Source of the DNA: a virus
Reading direction: 5' to 3' (one strand)
Virus record (IMG/VR): IMGVR_UViG_3300008450_000004
Span: 1-64,000 of that record
DNA: 64,000 nucleotides
In this document: one piece after another, positions 20,104-30,626 of the stretch
How the letters are laid out: every line of letters starts with the position of its first letter
Numbering within the stretch: position 1 is the stretch's first letter
The notes under the pieces: model-generated
Databases searched by the model: none
Seen by the model: only the letters and a program-made list of their open reading frames with translations
What the model was told of the DNA's origin: nothing
Program-made: the position numbers and the translations under genes

Positions 20104-21492
20104 ATGACAAGTTCAACATTAAATAAATTACAAAACTACGGTAGTGTTTTTCAAGTTAAAGTAATGGGAGCACTATTAACTCAACGTGATTTTTTATTAA
20201 ATATATCAGATTCATTAGATAGTGAATATTTTGAAAATCCATCTCATAAATGGGTTGTTGATTATATTATAAAATATTTTGAACAATATCATACTTACCC
20301 TACTGCGGAAACCTTATCTATTGAAATTAAAAAAATAGATAATGAAATATTAAGGATATCTTTAGTTGAATCGATTCGTGAAGCCTATAAATTGGCAGAT
20401 GCAAGTGATTTAGAATGGGTTGAAAAGGAATTTTCTAATTTCTGTCAAAATCAACAGATGAAAAAAGCAATTATGACATCTGTTGATTTACTAAGTTTAG
20501 GTGATTATGATGGTATTAAACAATTAATTAATCGCGCTCTAAAAGCAGGAGAAGATAAAAACATAGGTCATATATATGAATCGGATGTTGAATCTCGTTA
20601 TAGAGATGATGATAGAAAAGCAATACCTTTTCCTTGGCCTATATTTAATGATTTGACTCAAGGTGGATATGGTAAAGGCGATTTAGTACTACTATTCGGT
20701 AACCCAGGTGGAGGTAAATCTTGGGGTGTAATAGCAATGGGTGCTTATGCTGCTGCTTTAGGATATAATGTAGTACATTATACTTTAGAACTATCAGAAG
20801 GATATGTAGGTAAACGTTATGATGCTGTATTTTCAGGAATACCCGTTGATAAGTTAGATGAACATAGAGTAGAAGTTGAAACTGCTATTTTAAATGTAAA
20901 AGGAAAAATTATAATCAAAGAATATGCTCCTAAACGAGCATCCATAGATACAATTGAATCCCATATTCAACAACTAGAGCATCAAAATGAATTTAAACCA
21001 GATTTAATTATTATTGATTATTTAGATTTATTACGCACTAAAGGAAGAAAAGAACGCAAAGAAGAAATAGATGATGTTTATACTGATATTAAAGGATTAT
21101 CTAAAGAATTAGGAATACCAGTAGTATCACCATCACAAGCAAATAGAACGGGCGCTGATAAAGGAATATTACAGGCTGAAAATGCAGCTGGTTCATATGA
21201 TAAGATTATGATTGGTGATATCATTATATCATTAGCTCGTGGAAGAAAAGATAAAATAAACGGAACAGGTAATTGGCACTTTATTAAAAATCGTTATGGT
21301 GCTGATGGATTAACATTTGGTTCTAAAATAAATACCTCAAATGGATATATAGAGATATATGACCAACCTTTAGATGATGAAGATACGCCTGAGTTAAAAG
21401 GTAAAAATAAAGCAACAAATCCCTTTTCAGAAGTAGGGACAGAAGACAAACAAATCTTACGAAATAAATTTCTTTCTTATAAAGAAGGATAA
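20104..21492 (+). CDS. replicative DnaB-like helicase (gp41-like)
   Basis: GNPGGGKS, YTLE, IIIDYLD, SQANR and KNRYG motifs. Confidence 0.93.
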   Translation: MTSSTLNKLQNYGSVFQVKVMGALLTQRDFLLNISDSLDSEYFENPSHKWVVDYIIKYFEQYHTYPTAETLSIEIKKIDNEILRISLVESIREAYKLADASDLEWVEKEFSNFCQNQQMKKAIMTSVDLLSLGDYDGIKQLINRALKAGEDKNIGHIYESDVESRYRDDDRKAIPFPWPIFNDLTQGGYGKGDLVLLFGNPGGGKSWGVIAMGAYAAALGYNVVHYTLELSEGYVGKRYDAVFSGIPVDKLDEHRVEVETAILNVKGKIIIKEYAPKRASIDTIESHIQQLEHQNEFKPDLIIIDYLDLLRTKGRKERKEEIDDVYTDIKGLSKELGIPVVSPSQANRTGADKGILQAENAAGSYDKIMIGDIIISLARGRKDKINGTGNWHFIKNRYGADGLTFGSKINTSNGYIEIYDQPLDDEDTPELKGKNKATNPFSEVGTEDKQILRNKFLSYKEG

Positions 21493-21517
21493 TATTTATA
21501 AACCCAAATAAAAAAAT

Positions 21518-21778
21518 ATGATTACAGTTAAACGTTACACAGCATCTTGGTGTAGTCCTTGCAAAGTATTAGCACCTGTTATGGATGAAATAAAAAATGA
21601 ATTATCAGATGTTAATTTTGTTACAATTGATGTAGAATTACATAAAGAAGCAGCAATGAATGATAATATTGCGTCAATACCAACCGTTGTAATATCAAAA
21701 AACGGACAAGAACTACACCGATTTACCGGAGTTATACCTAAGCATTCTATATTACAATTAATTAAACAATTTTCTTAA
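21518..21778 (+). CDS. trxA: thioredoxin
   Basis: WCSPC active site and SIPT motif. Confidence 0.92.
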   Translation: MITVKRYTASWCSPCKVLAPVMDEIKNELSDVNFVTIDVELHKEAAMNDNIASIPTVVISKNGQELHRFTGVIPKHSILQLIKQFS

Positions 21779-21805
21779 TATAACATATATAAAATTGAAA
21801 GAAAA

Positions 21806-22360
21806 ATGGGATTTAAACGATTTGACCATCAACGATGGATAGAGTTATCTTTTATAGAGGATTGCAAAATATTAAAGAAAGCTAAATCACTAAAAGAATA
21901 CTATAACAAAGCAAACACAGGATTATATGAATTTTTAAATCCTTCTTTATCATATCCATACGAAACTATAGATATGGTTGGTGGACAAAAAATATGGAAA
22001 GTAGAAAAACAAAATAATGATCCTATATTAGTAGTAACCTTAAAAAAAGGAGGATTAAACAATAACCATTATTGGATTATAGATTTTTATTTTCCTGAAA
22101 CTGAAAAGGGATTTGATAAAAAACAAGGATTAGAAGGCAAAAATTATCTAGACACAATATCTAAGATTTTTATAGATGAATTATTACCTTATATTGAACA
22201 ATCAGAATATAATACTTTATTGTTTAAAGCGTATATAAATGATGGGGCAGGTAACCAAAGAAAAACTGTTTTTAAAAAAATGGTAGATAAATTTCTGCCT
22301 AAAGATAAATTTACATTTAGCGAAGAACATAATAATTTTATAATTAAAAAAAAACAATAA
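21806..22360 (+). CDS. hypothetical protein
   Basis: 184 aa ORF in the operon; no motif recognised with confidence. Confidence 0.55.
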   Translation: MGFKRFDHQRWIELSFIEDCKILKKAKSLKEYYNKANTGLYEFLNPSLSYPYETIDMVGGQKIWKVEKQNNDPILVVTLKKGGLNNNHYWIIDFYFPETEKGFDKKQGLEGKNYLDTISKIFIDELLPYIEQSEYNTLLFKAYINDGAGNQRKTVFKKMVDKFLPKDKFTFSEEHNNFIIKKKQ

Positions 22361-22362
22361 CA

Positions 22363-24216
22363 ATGAACATAACACAAGAAATCTTGTCGGAAATAACGAC
22401 TTACATGAAATATGCTAAATTCAAACCAGAAGTAAACAGACGAGAAACATGGGAAGAATTAGTAACAAGAAATAAGGAAATGCATCAAACAAAATTTCCT
22501 CAATTACATGATGAAATTGAAAAAGCATATAAAATGGTCTACGATAAAAAAGTACTACCATCGATGCGTTCATTACAATTCGCAGGTAAACCTATTGAGC
22601 TTAATAATTCTCGTATATTTAATTGTTCTTTTCTTCCTATTGATGACTGGAGATCATTTAGTGAAATAATGTTTTTATTACTTTCAGGATGTGGAGTAGG
22701 ATACAGTGTACAAACACATCATGTAGATAATTTACCTGAAATTACAACACCTGTAAAACACAAACGTTATTTAGTAGGTGATAGTATTGAAGGATGGGCA
22801 GATGCAATTAGAATGCTTTGTAAAGCATATTTTACAGGTGGTTCTTTACCAATATTTGATTTTAGAGATATCCGTCCTAAAGGAGCCCAATTAATTACTG
22901 TAGGTGGTAAAGCACCTGGTCCTGAACCATTAAAAGAATGTCTGTTTAACTTACAAAAAATACTTGATAGAAAAAAAACAGGCGATAAATTAACATCATT
23001 AGAAGCACATGATATGGCTTGTCATATAGCAGATGCTGTACTATCAGGTGGTATTAGACGTGCAGCATTAATAGCATTATTTAATCTTGATGATGAAGAT
23101 ATGTTAACATGTAAATTTGGAAATTGGTGGGAAGAAAATCCTCAACGCGGTAGAGCAAATAATAGTGCTGTGGTAATGCGTCATAAGATTGACGAAGAAG
23201 AGTTTTTTAAATTATGGAAGAAAATCGAGTTAAGTGGATCTGGTGAACCAGGTATCTACTTCAGCAATGATAAAGATTGGGGAACAAACCCATGTTGCGA
23301 AATCGCTTTAAGACCATTTCAATTCTGTAACTTATGTGAGGTAAATGTATCAGATGTAGTTGATCAAGCAGATTTAAACGCAAGAGTAGAAGCAGCAGCA
23401 TTTATAGGTACATTACAAGCCGCATACACTGATTTCCATTATTTAAGAGATATCTGGCGTAAAACAACTGAAAAAGACGCTTTATTAGGTGTTGGAATGA
23501 CAGGTATTGGATCAGGTGCTGTATTAGGATTGGATTTAAAATCAGCAGCTGATTTAGCTAAAACAGAAAACGCTCGTGTTGCTGAAATAATTGGTGTTAA
23601 TAAAGCAGCTCGTGTCACTACAGTAAAACCATCAGGTACATCATCATTAGTATTAGGAAGTAGCAGTGGTATTCATAGCTGGCATGATAAGCATTACATC
23701 AGACGTATCAGAGTAGGTAAAAATGAAGCAATTTATACTCACCTAGCAATTTACCATCCAGAACTATTAGAAGACGATTTCTTTAAACCTACTATCCAAG
23801 CTGTAATATCTATTCCACAAAAAGCACCAGAAGGCGCTATTATACGTAGTGAAGAATCAGCATTAATGTTGTTAGAACGTGTTAGAAAGTTTAATATGGA
23901 ATGGGTAAGAAAAGGTCATCGTAAGGGAGCTAATACAAATAATGTATCTGCAACTATATCTGTTAGAAATGAAGAATGGAAAGAAGTAGGAGAATGGATG
24001 TGGAAATATAAAGACACATTTAATGGATTATCAGTTCTGCCTTTCTCAGATCATACTTACACTCAAGCACCTTTTGAAACAATCACTGAAGAACACTTTA
24101 ACGAAATGGTAAATCATCTTCATTCTGTAGATTTGAGCCAAGTAATTGAATTTGATGACAATACTGCATTAGGTGATAGCGTCGCCTGCGGAGGAGGAGC
24201 TTGTGAAATAGTGTAA
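22363..24216 (+). CDS. nrdJ: class II (adenosylcobalamin-dependent) ribonucleotide reductase
   Basis: RETWEE, PSMR, FNCS, TNPCCEI, FCNL, VKPSGT and C-terminal CGGGAC; no beta subunit gene nearby. Confidence 0.9.
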   Translation: MNITQEILSEITTYMKYAKFKPEVNRRETWEELVTRNKEMHQTKFPQLHDEIEKAYKMVYDKKVLPSMRSLQFAGKPIELNNSRIFNCSFLPIDDWRSFSEIMFLLLSGCGVGYSVQTHHVDNLPEITTPVKHKRYLVGDSIEGWADAIRMLCKAYFTGGSLPIFDFRDIRPKGAQLITVGGKAPGPEPLKECLFNLQKILDRKKTGDKLTSLEAHDMACHIADAVLSGGIRRAALIALFNLDDEDMLTCKFGNWWEENPQRGRANNSAVVMRHKIDEEEFFKLWKKIELSGSGEPGIYFSNDKDWGTNPCCEIALRPFQFCNLCEVNVSDVVDQADLNARVEAAAFIGTLQAAYTDFHYLRDIWRKTTEKDALLGVGMTGIGSGAVLGLDLKSAADLAKTENARVAEIIGVNKAARVTTVKPSGTSSLVLGSSSGIHSWHDKHYIRRIRVGKNEAIYTHLAIYHPELLEDDFFKPTIQAVISIPQKAPEGAIIRSEESALMLLERVRKFNMEWVRKGHRKGANTNNVSATISVRNEEWKEVGEWMWKYKDTFNGLSVLPFSDHTYTQAPFETITEEHFNEMVNHLHSVDLSQVIEFDDNTALGDSVACGGGACEIV

Positions 24217-24256
24217 GTAAAGGTAGCGCTTGTGATATTTTCATATATTTATTGAC

Positions 24257-24883
24257 ATGATAGGAATATATAAAATTACAAGCCCCACTAATAAAATATA
24301 TATTGGACAAAGTGTAGATATAGATGATAGATTTAGAAAATACAAAAATTTAAATTGTAACAGACAAACTATCATCTATAACTCTCTTAAAAAATATGGA
24401 TGGGAACAACACATATTTGAAATTATTGAAGAATGTCCGGCTGATAAATTACTAGAACGCGAAACCTATTGGAAAGAATATTATAAAGTTTTAGAAGTAC
24501 CTAGTTTATGTTGTAGAATAGACGGAAAAGGAGGCTATATGAATGAAGAAACTAAAGCTAAAATAGGCTTAAAACATAAGGGTAAAATAATGTCTAACGA
24601 AGCTAAGACTAAAATATCTAAAGCTCTTAAAGGACGTAAAGTAACATGGGATTGTAAAGGACCTAAAGATTATAAATACACAGAGGAACAAAAACAAAAA
24701 ATGAGAAAACCTCGTGTGAATAGATGGGAACGAGAAAAATTAGTATCTCCATCTATAGTTAAAGAAATAAGGAGTAAATTTAATCTAGGACACAAACGCT
24801 CAGATTTAAGTAGAGAATATAATGTAAGTTGGGGTACTATTAAAAATATAACTGATCATATAAATTCATATAAATTCATATAA
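24257..24883 (+). mobile_element. GIY-YIG homing endonuclease with NUMOD3 and a C-terminal HTH
   Basis: GIYKITSPTNKIYIGQS; EETKAKIG; LSREYNVSWGTI. Confidence 0.9.
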
Positions 24884-25525
24884 ATGATAAAATTACTAGA
24901 TATATTAAATGAAGCTATAAATGGAGGTATTGTTTATACCTATAGAAGTCAAAAAAGCTTACCCGATATTGAAGCTAATGGCATAAAAATGTCAGATAAA
25001 AATAAACAAAATTCTGAAGATTATAATATCCCTGATTATGGGTATACTTATTATACCTCTACTAGTAAAGATTCTAATTGGATTGATAGAAACCCATATG
25101 GAAATGCTGATAATCCGTATACTGTAAGAGTATCTATAGACTTAAATAAAATAAAAAACGATAAAAATTATAGTTTTAAAGATTTAAATAATATAGAAGG
25201 ATGGAACTACCCAGAATATCAAGAAGTAAGAATATATTCTAATACAAAAGATAGAATACCTCCGGAATATATTAGTTCTATTGATATACTTAGAAGAAGA
25301 TCAGGAGATGAATATGGGTGGGATTTTATAGGTACACTTGACTTAGAACCAGAAGTAAAAACATATATTGATAATACTTTTAAAGAAAATCCAGAGTTAG
25401 ATGAAGATTCGTTCCCATACGATAAAATGTATGATTATTTTACAGAATTTTGGAATCATGAAGATGAATCTTATGATGATGTTTCTCAAGAAGTTATGAA
25501 CTATATAAGCTCTAAAGTTAGTTAA
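24884..25525 (+). CDS. putative ADP-ribosyltransferase-fold protein with an MIKLLDILNE leader
   Basis: YTYR..I..NGIK / YTSTS / VRVSID / QEVRI..IPPEYI pattern. Confidence 0.5.
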   Translation: MIKLLDILNEAINGGIVYTYRSQKSLPDIEANGIKMSDKNKQNSEDYNIPDYGYTYYTSTSKDSNWIDRNPYGNADNPYTVRVSIDLNKIKNDKNYSFKDLNNIEGWNYPEYQEVRIYSNTKDRIPPEYISSIDILRRRSGDEYGWDFIGTLDLEPEVKTYIDNTFKENPELDEDSFPYDKMYDYFTEFWNHEDESYDDVSQEVMNYISSKVS

Positions 25526-25839
25526 TGTCTAAATTCATAGAAGATATTCATTACTATAAAGACGGAGATAGGGTAGTTTTCACTGCCCTATTTCACGTTC
25601 AACGCGGTTATTGTTGTGGTTGTAAATGTCTTAATTGTGCTTATATTCCCAAACATGAAAAAAATAATAATATTATGGATATAGAAATATTAAAAACTTT
25701 AAAAGAACAAGCAGAATTTTTAAAAAAAAATCAAGATGCTTTTACTTTACCTGAAAAAATAGAAAAAACAAACGAAATACATCAAAAATTAGAACAACTA
25801 TTATCTACAATAAATGTAAATATTGAAGAAACTGAGTAG
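25525..25839 (+). CDS. small Cys-rich protein
   Basis: VFTALFHVQRGYCCGCKCLNCAY motif. Confidence 0.65.
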   Translation: MSKFIEDIHYYKDGDRVVFTALFHVQRGYCCGCKCLNCAYIPKHEKNNNIMDIEILKTLKEQAEFLKKNQDAFTLPEKIEKTNEIHQKLEQLLSTINVNIEETE

Positions 25840-25883
25840 GAATATTATATTTTTTAATATTTATTGGCAAATAAAATAATAAT

Positions 25884-27830
25884 ATGCCAATAACATATAG
25901 ATTAACTAAAGAATCCCCATTAACTTATGAAGAGTTAGATGGAAACTTTCAATTTCTTACAGCATCTATCAATGCTATATCAGGAGCATACGCTACTACT
26001 GGTTCAAATACTTTTATAGGTAATCAAATATTTCAAGGTAATATATCTGTATTAGGCACAGCTTCATTTACATATACTACTTCATCTGTTAATGCAATCA
26101 GTGCTTCAAGCTTTAATATAGCTATTTCAAGTCCTACAGTACGTTATGGTTTTTATAATGTTATTGATTCTGGATCATATAAAACAACATCATCTCTTGC
26201 TTGGGATTCTACAAATCAACGTTGGATATATCAAAAAGTAACAGGTTCTATTACAAGTAGTGCTGTATTATTAACAGGTCCTATAAGTACAGGAGGTTTA
26301 GGAACAGAAACTAATATTCCTCAATATGTGATTCCTATATCAAATGGTACTCAATCATTAGCAAGTTCTAATATATATTCAAGTGGTTCAATCCATATTG
26401 TAACAGGTTCTCTAACAATCACTCAGGGAATAACAGGATCGTTATTAGGTACAGCTTCGTTTGCTTTAACTGCTTCAAATTATTTATTATTAAGTAATAC
26501 AGGTTCATTTGCAACTACAGGTTCAAATTCATTTAATGGAAATCAAATAATAACTGGTAGTTTAAATAATGGAATTAGTAATACAACTATTGGTATTTAT
26601 TCTCACGCAGAAGGTTCGGGTACAATAGCATCTGGTTCTTATTCTCATGCAGAAGGTAATAACACAAATGCAAAAGGAGATTATTCACACGCAGAAGGTC
26701 TTAATACAACAGCATCTGGTTCTTATTCCCATGCAGAAGGAGGAGCTACTCAAACAACAGGAGCTCTTTCACACGCAGAAGGGGATACTACAAGAGCAGT
26801 AGGATATGCAGCTCATTCCGAGGGTACATCTACAATAGCATTAGGACAATCATCTCACGCAGAAGGTGGTAATACAATATCATTTAAATTAGGATCACAC
26901 GCAGAAGGTTATCAAACAATATCATCTGGTTCTTACTCACATGCTGAAGGCTTCAATACAACGGCATCAGGAGATTATTCACACGCAGAAGGTAATAACA
27001 CAACTGCAAACGGAGAAACATCACATGCGGAAGGATATAACACAATAGCAAATGGATATTTTTCTCACGCAGAAGGTTCAGGTACAACAACAAATGGATA
27101 TGGAACTCATGCAGAAGGTTTCAATACAACAGCAAACGGAAACTATTCTCATGCAGAAGGTAATAACACAACTGCAAACGGAACTTATTCTCATGCAGAG
27201 GGTGAAGGAACTATAGCATCAGGTTCAGGACAAACAGTAGTAGGCAAATATAATAAACAAAACAATACAAGTTCTTTATTCATTGTTGGTAATGGTGTAG
27301 ATAGTAGTAATAGAAATGATATTGTATTAGTAAATACTGGTAGTGTAGCTATTAACGGAAGTTTATATATACAAGGAGTACAACAAACATCAAGTTCTAT
27401 AGAAACTCATACAGCTTTTGTATCTAGATTAGATTCTCAAACAGCATTTAGTAGTAGCAGAACAAGTGTATTATTCCAGTATTCTCAGTCTATGTATTTA
27501 GGTGGATCTTTAGATATACACGTAATAGAAAATGATTCTACATTTGGTATAGTTAATGTACTTATAGCAAGTAATACTGGATCTTCAACTGTATTAACAG
27601 TCACAGGAAGTAAAATTGGAAGTCCTATAAATAATTTATCATTTACTGGTAGTATATCAAGTAGTTATGTACAACTTAGAGTAGTAAATAGTTCTGCAAA
27701 TGATTACACTGTAAGAATATTCCCAAAATTAATTGCTGTTTCTTCTGATATAAATTATACTGACTACTCTCAGGATTATTTACAAGGAGAGGTAGGAATA
27801 GGTGGAGAAGCTGAGACCCCAGTAGTATAA
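25884..27830 (+). CDS. fibre/adhesin-like virion protein with YadA-head-like repeats
   Basis: Ser/Thr/Gly-rich; 15 copies of a 14-aa SHAEG repeat followed by LFIVGNG. Confidence 0.8.
   Translation: MPITYRLTKESPLTYEELDGNFQFLTASINAISGAYATTGSNTFIGNQIFQGNISVLGTASFTYTTSSVNAISASSFNIAISSPTVRYGFYNVIDSGSYKTTSSLAWDSTNQRWIYQKVTGSITSSAVLLTGPISTGGLGTETNIPQYVIPISNGTQSLASSNIYSSGSIHIVTGSLTITQGITGSLLGTASFALTASNYLLLSNTGSFATTGSNSFNGNQIITGSLNNGISNTTIGIYSHAEGSGTIASGSYSHAEGNNTNAKGDYSHAEGLNTTASGSYSHAEGGATQTTGALSHAEGDTTRAVGYAAHSEGTSTIALGQSSHAEGGNTISFKLGSHAEGYQTISSGSYSHAEGFNTTASGDYSHAEGNNTTANGETSHAEGYNTIANGYFSHAEGSGTTTNGYGTHAEGFNTTANGNYSHAEGNNTTANGTYSHAEGEGTIASGSGQTVVGKYNKQNNTSSLFIVGNGVDSSNRNDIVLVNTGSVAINGSLYIQGVQQTSSSIETHTAFVSRLDSQTAFSSSRTSVLFQYSQSMYLGGSLDIHVIENDSTFGIVNVLIASNTGSSTVLTVTGSKIGSPINNLSFTGSISSSYVQLRVVNSSANDYTVRIFPKLIAVSSDINYTDYSQDYLQGEVGIGGEAETPVV
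26595..27224 (+). repeat. 42-bp coding tandem repeat, 15 units of xxSHAEGxxTxAxG
   Basis: TCNCAYGCNGARGG recurs every 42 nt. Confidence 0.92.
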
Positions 27831-27849
27831 ATAATTTATTTAATTAAAA

Positions 27850-27881
27850 TTTGGCTTTTATATAATATTTTTTTATATTTA
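27850..27881 (+). promoter_or_regulatory. Bacteroidota-type promoter
   Basis: TTTG-N20-TATATTTA upstream of the DpdA-like gene. Confidence 0.65.
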
Positions 27882-27897
27882 CAAAAAAAAATAAAAT

Positions 27898-28683
27898 ATG
27901 AAAGTTTTTCATGAATTACCTTTAAGTATGCTTTATAAAGCATATTCTATTACAGATGGGGATTATTGTTTACCACATTTATTAGATAAGTATGAAATAT
28001 ATAAAAACTATTTTTTACAATCTAAACGTGACAAACGTTTTATAATTATGGATAATGGTTTATTTGAAGGTGTAATTCATACAAATAAAGATTTAATTGA
28101 AAAAATTAATTTAATTAAACCTAATATTTTTATTACGCCGGATGAATGGAATGATTCTTCTGCTACTTATAAAAATGCTAAGTATTGGATGAATACTTTT
28201 AAAACACAATTACCACCAGAAACTAATTTAATGGTAGTATTACAGGGTAAAACATTAGATGACTTTATTAATTTATATAATAATTGTATTGATTTAGGTT
28301 TTAAACATTTTGCTTTTAATCATTCATCTGAAGTATATCAGACCCTATTTTCTCACCCAAATAAACTAATAAATCAGATGATGGGTAGAATTAAATTAGT
28401 TACTTTATTTAAAAAGCAAGGTTATATTTTAGATAGCCACTACATACATCTCTTAGGATGTAGTTTACCACAGGAATTTATTTATTATAAAGGATTAGAC
28501 CACATTAATTCAGTAGATACATCTTCACCTATTATAAATGGTGCTTTAGGTATTACATATAAAGAGTATGGTTTATTAACTAAACCATTAAATAAGATTG
28601 AAGAATTTTTTGAAGATAGTTTAAAAGACCAAATAGAAGATATTATATTCAATATAAATAAATTTAAAGAATATTCATATTAA
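27898..28683 (+). CDS. dpdA: DpdA-like 7-deazaguanine transglycosylase (TGT fold)
   Basis: IMDNG, ITPD, VVLQG, IHLLG and SVDTSSP motifs; heads the queC/D/E/folE cluster. Confidence 0.72.
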   Translation: MKVFHELPLSMLYKAYSITDGDYCLPHLLDKYEIYKNYFLQSKRDKRFIIMDNGLFEGVIHTNKDLIEKINLIKPNIFITPDEWNDSSATYKNAKYWMNTFKTQLPPETNLMVVLQGKTLDDFINLYNNCIDLGFKHFAFNHSSEVYQTLFSHPNKLINQMMGRIKLVTLFKKQGYILDSHYIHLLGCSLPQEFIYYKGLDHINSVDTSSPIINGALGITYKEYGLLTKPLNKIEEFFEDSLKDQIEDIIFNINKFKEYSY

Positions 28684-28937
28684 TGAAAGATTTAATTATA
28701 AAATATTTTAAAGGTCAACCATTAAATATAAATGAATGTGTTAGTTTAATGGAAGCTTATATGATTAAAACAAAAAAAACGGATTCAACTATTATACAAA
28801 AAATAATAGATCCTATGAATCCTTTTGGTCAAGGAATGCTACAACAAGCCGTAAATACATCTGTTATTTTATTGGCAGAAGAATATAATATAATAAAATT
28901 ATATTCAAAAGAAGGACAATTATTGATGGTATATTAA
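28683..28937 (+). CDS. hypothetical protein
   Basis: 84 aa, coupled to the DpdA-like gene by a TAATG overlap. Confidence 0.55.
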   Translation: MKDLIIKYFKGQPLNINECVSLMEAYMIKTKKTDSTIIQKIIDPMNPFGQGMLQQAVNTSVILLAEEYNIIKLYSKEGQLLMVY

Positions 28938-28971
28938 AAATAAAATGCTCCTTTCATATATTTATTGATAT

Positions 28972-29343
28972 ATGATATCTTTAATTTTAGTAATACTTGC
29001 TGCTATTTTCAATTCTATAATGGACGTTGTATCTTTAAAATATGAAAAAAGCAGATTTATTAATTACCCTAGTTTACGTTATTTTATAGATCCTGAAATT
29101 TCATGGAAAAATAAATATAAAAACAATAATCCAAAGCGAGGAGAAAAATTTTTTGGTTCAAGTACCTTTTTAGTATGGACAACAGATTTATGGCATCTAG
29201 CTAAAACTTTAATGTTGGTTTGTTTCTCAATAGCTATTATTACTTATATACCAATTATTTATCCAATTGTAGATGCTATAATATATTGGATATTATTTGG
29301 AGTTGTATTTGAATTATTTTGGAGTAAAATTTTTATAAAATAA
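28972..29343 (+). CDS. membrane protein
   Basis: About three hydrophobic segments; SWKNKY and TDLWH motifs; ATATTTAT upstream. Confidence 0.65.
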   Translation: MISLILVILAAIFNSIMDVVSLKYEKSRFINYPSLRYFIDPEISWKNKYKNNNPKRGEKFFGSSTFLVWTTDLWHLAKTLMLVCFSIAIITYIPIIYPIVDAIIYWILFGVVFELFWSKIFIK

Positions 29344-29352
29344 AATTTAGTA

Positions 29353-29385
29353 GGTTTGGTAGTCCAAACCTTTTTTTTATCTTTA
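29353..29385 (+). terminator. terminator hairpin fused with a promoter motif
   Basis: GGTTTGG-TAGT-CCAAACC plus T8; TTTG(29355)-N19-TATCTTTA. Confidence 0.7.
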
Positions 29386-29404
29386 CATCCTAATAAAATA
29401 AGTT

Positions 29405-29647
29405 ATGTTACAAGAAAATTTTATGTCACTTTATGATTATCTAGGTAAAGCAGCTGGAACCAGTCTAGGTAAAAAAGTATCTGATGTTGCTAAAGAACAA
29501 AACCAACCTTACCAATTTAGAGAAGTATCAAATTTAAAATATAAGGGTAAAGTTCTTCTTTACACTAAATCATTTTTAGATTCTTATTTTAACAAACCTA
29601 CAACAAATCATAGTGATACTTTACAAGACGATAATTTACCCTTCTAA
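29405..29647 (+). CDS. hypothetical protein
   Basis: SLYDYLGKAAG motif; acidic tail ending DDNLPF. Confidence 0.6.
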   Translation: MLQENFMSLYDYLGKAAGTSLGKKVSDVAKEQNQPYQFREVSNLKYKGKVLLYTKSFLDSYFNKPTTNHSDTLQDDNLPF

Positions 29648-29690
29648 TAAAATAATCTAAAATTAAAAAATAATTAATTACATTAAAGTT

Positions 29691-30626
29691 ATGGATAAAA
29701 ATAAAAAATACGCGGTAATCGCATTATCAGGAGGAATGGATTCAAGTACATTATTAATTAAACTCCTATCAGAAAACTATCAAGTAGTTGCACTCTCTTT
29801 TGATTATGGACAAAAACACAAAGTTGAATTAGAACGTGCTACTGAATTAGTAGAGTATATTAATAATAGGTCTGGTCAAATAATTGGAGATGAAGCACAA
29901 TTAATATATCCTCCAGTTACTCATCAAATCATTAAATTAGATGGTTTATCACAGTTGTTAGTAAGTGGATTAGTAGATAATGACTCTATGGAAATGAAAA
30001 CTGGACATTATGCTCATGAAAATGCTTTAACAACAGTGGTTCCAAATCGTAATGCTATATTTTCTTCAATCATATATGCCGTCGCCTTATCTATAGTGAA
30101 AAGAACAGGAAATCACTGTAATATTTCTTTAGGTACACATATGGGTGATTTTGATAATAAAAAACAAAGTGGAATTTATCCTGATTGTTCTGAAGAATTT
30201 AAGCAAGCTATTGAATATGCTTTCAAAATAGGAAATTGGGATTCTGATAAAGTAGACTATTATGCTCCTTACAATATAACTGATAAAACAGGAGTATTAA
30301 AAGATGGAATAGAATGCTGTGAAAAATTAGGTCTAGACTATAAAGAAATTTACAAACGTACCAACACTAGTTATGCTCCAATATATGTCGCTCCTAAAGA
30401 CAAAGTAGAAGACGGTCTTCTTCTTATAGAAACTAAAGGTAGATGGTATTCTGATTACAAATCAGGTGCTAGTATTGAACGAATTATTAGTTTTATTATT
30501 CTAGGTTTGGAAGATCCAATTCAATATGCTGAAGAAGATGGAACATTAGTGTCTTGGGATTTTGTAAAAAACTATGCTATTAAAATAGAAGAAGAATTTA
30601 CTGGAGAAAAATTCGATTTTCAATAA
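29691..30626 (+). CDS. queC: 7-cyano-7-deazaguanine synthase
   Basis: SGGMDS, FDYGQKH, VPNRN and YPDC motifs; the C-terminal Zn-binding Cys cluster appears absent. Confidence 0.92.
   Translation: MDKNKKYAVIALSGGMDSSTLLIKLLSENYQVVALSFDYGQKHKVELERATELVEYINNRSGQIIGDEAQLIYPPVTHQIIKLDGLSQLLVSGLVDNDSMEMKTGHYAHENALTTVVPNRNAIFSSIIYAVALSIVKRTGNHCNISLGTHMGDFDNKKQSGIYPDCSEEFKQAIEYAFKIGNWDSDKVDYYAPYNITDKTGVLKDGIECCEKLGLDYKEIYKRTNTSYAPIYVAPKDKVEDGLLLIETKGRWYSDYKSGASIERIISFIILGLEDPIQYAEEDGTLVSWDFVKNYAIKIEEEFTGEKFDFQ

Noticed and set aside
26595-27224. CRISPR-like array
   Set aside because: The 42-nt period is an in-frame protein repeat with synonymous variation, not repeat-spacer structure
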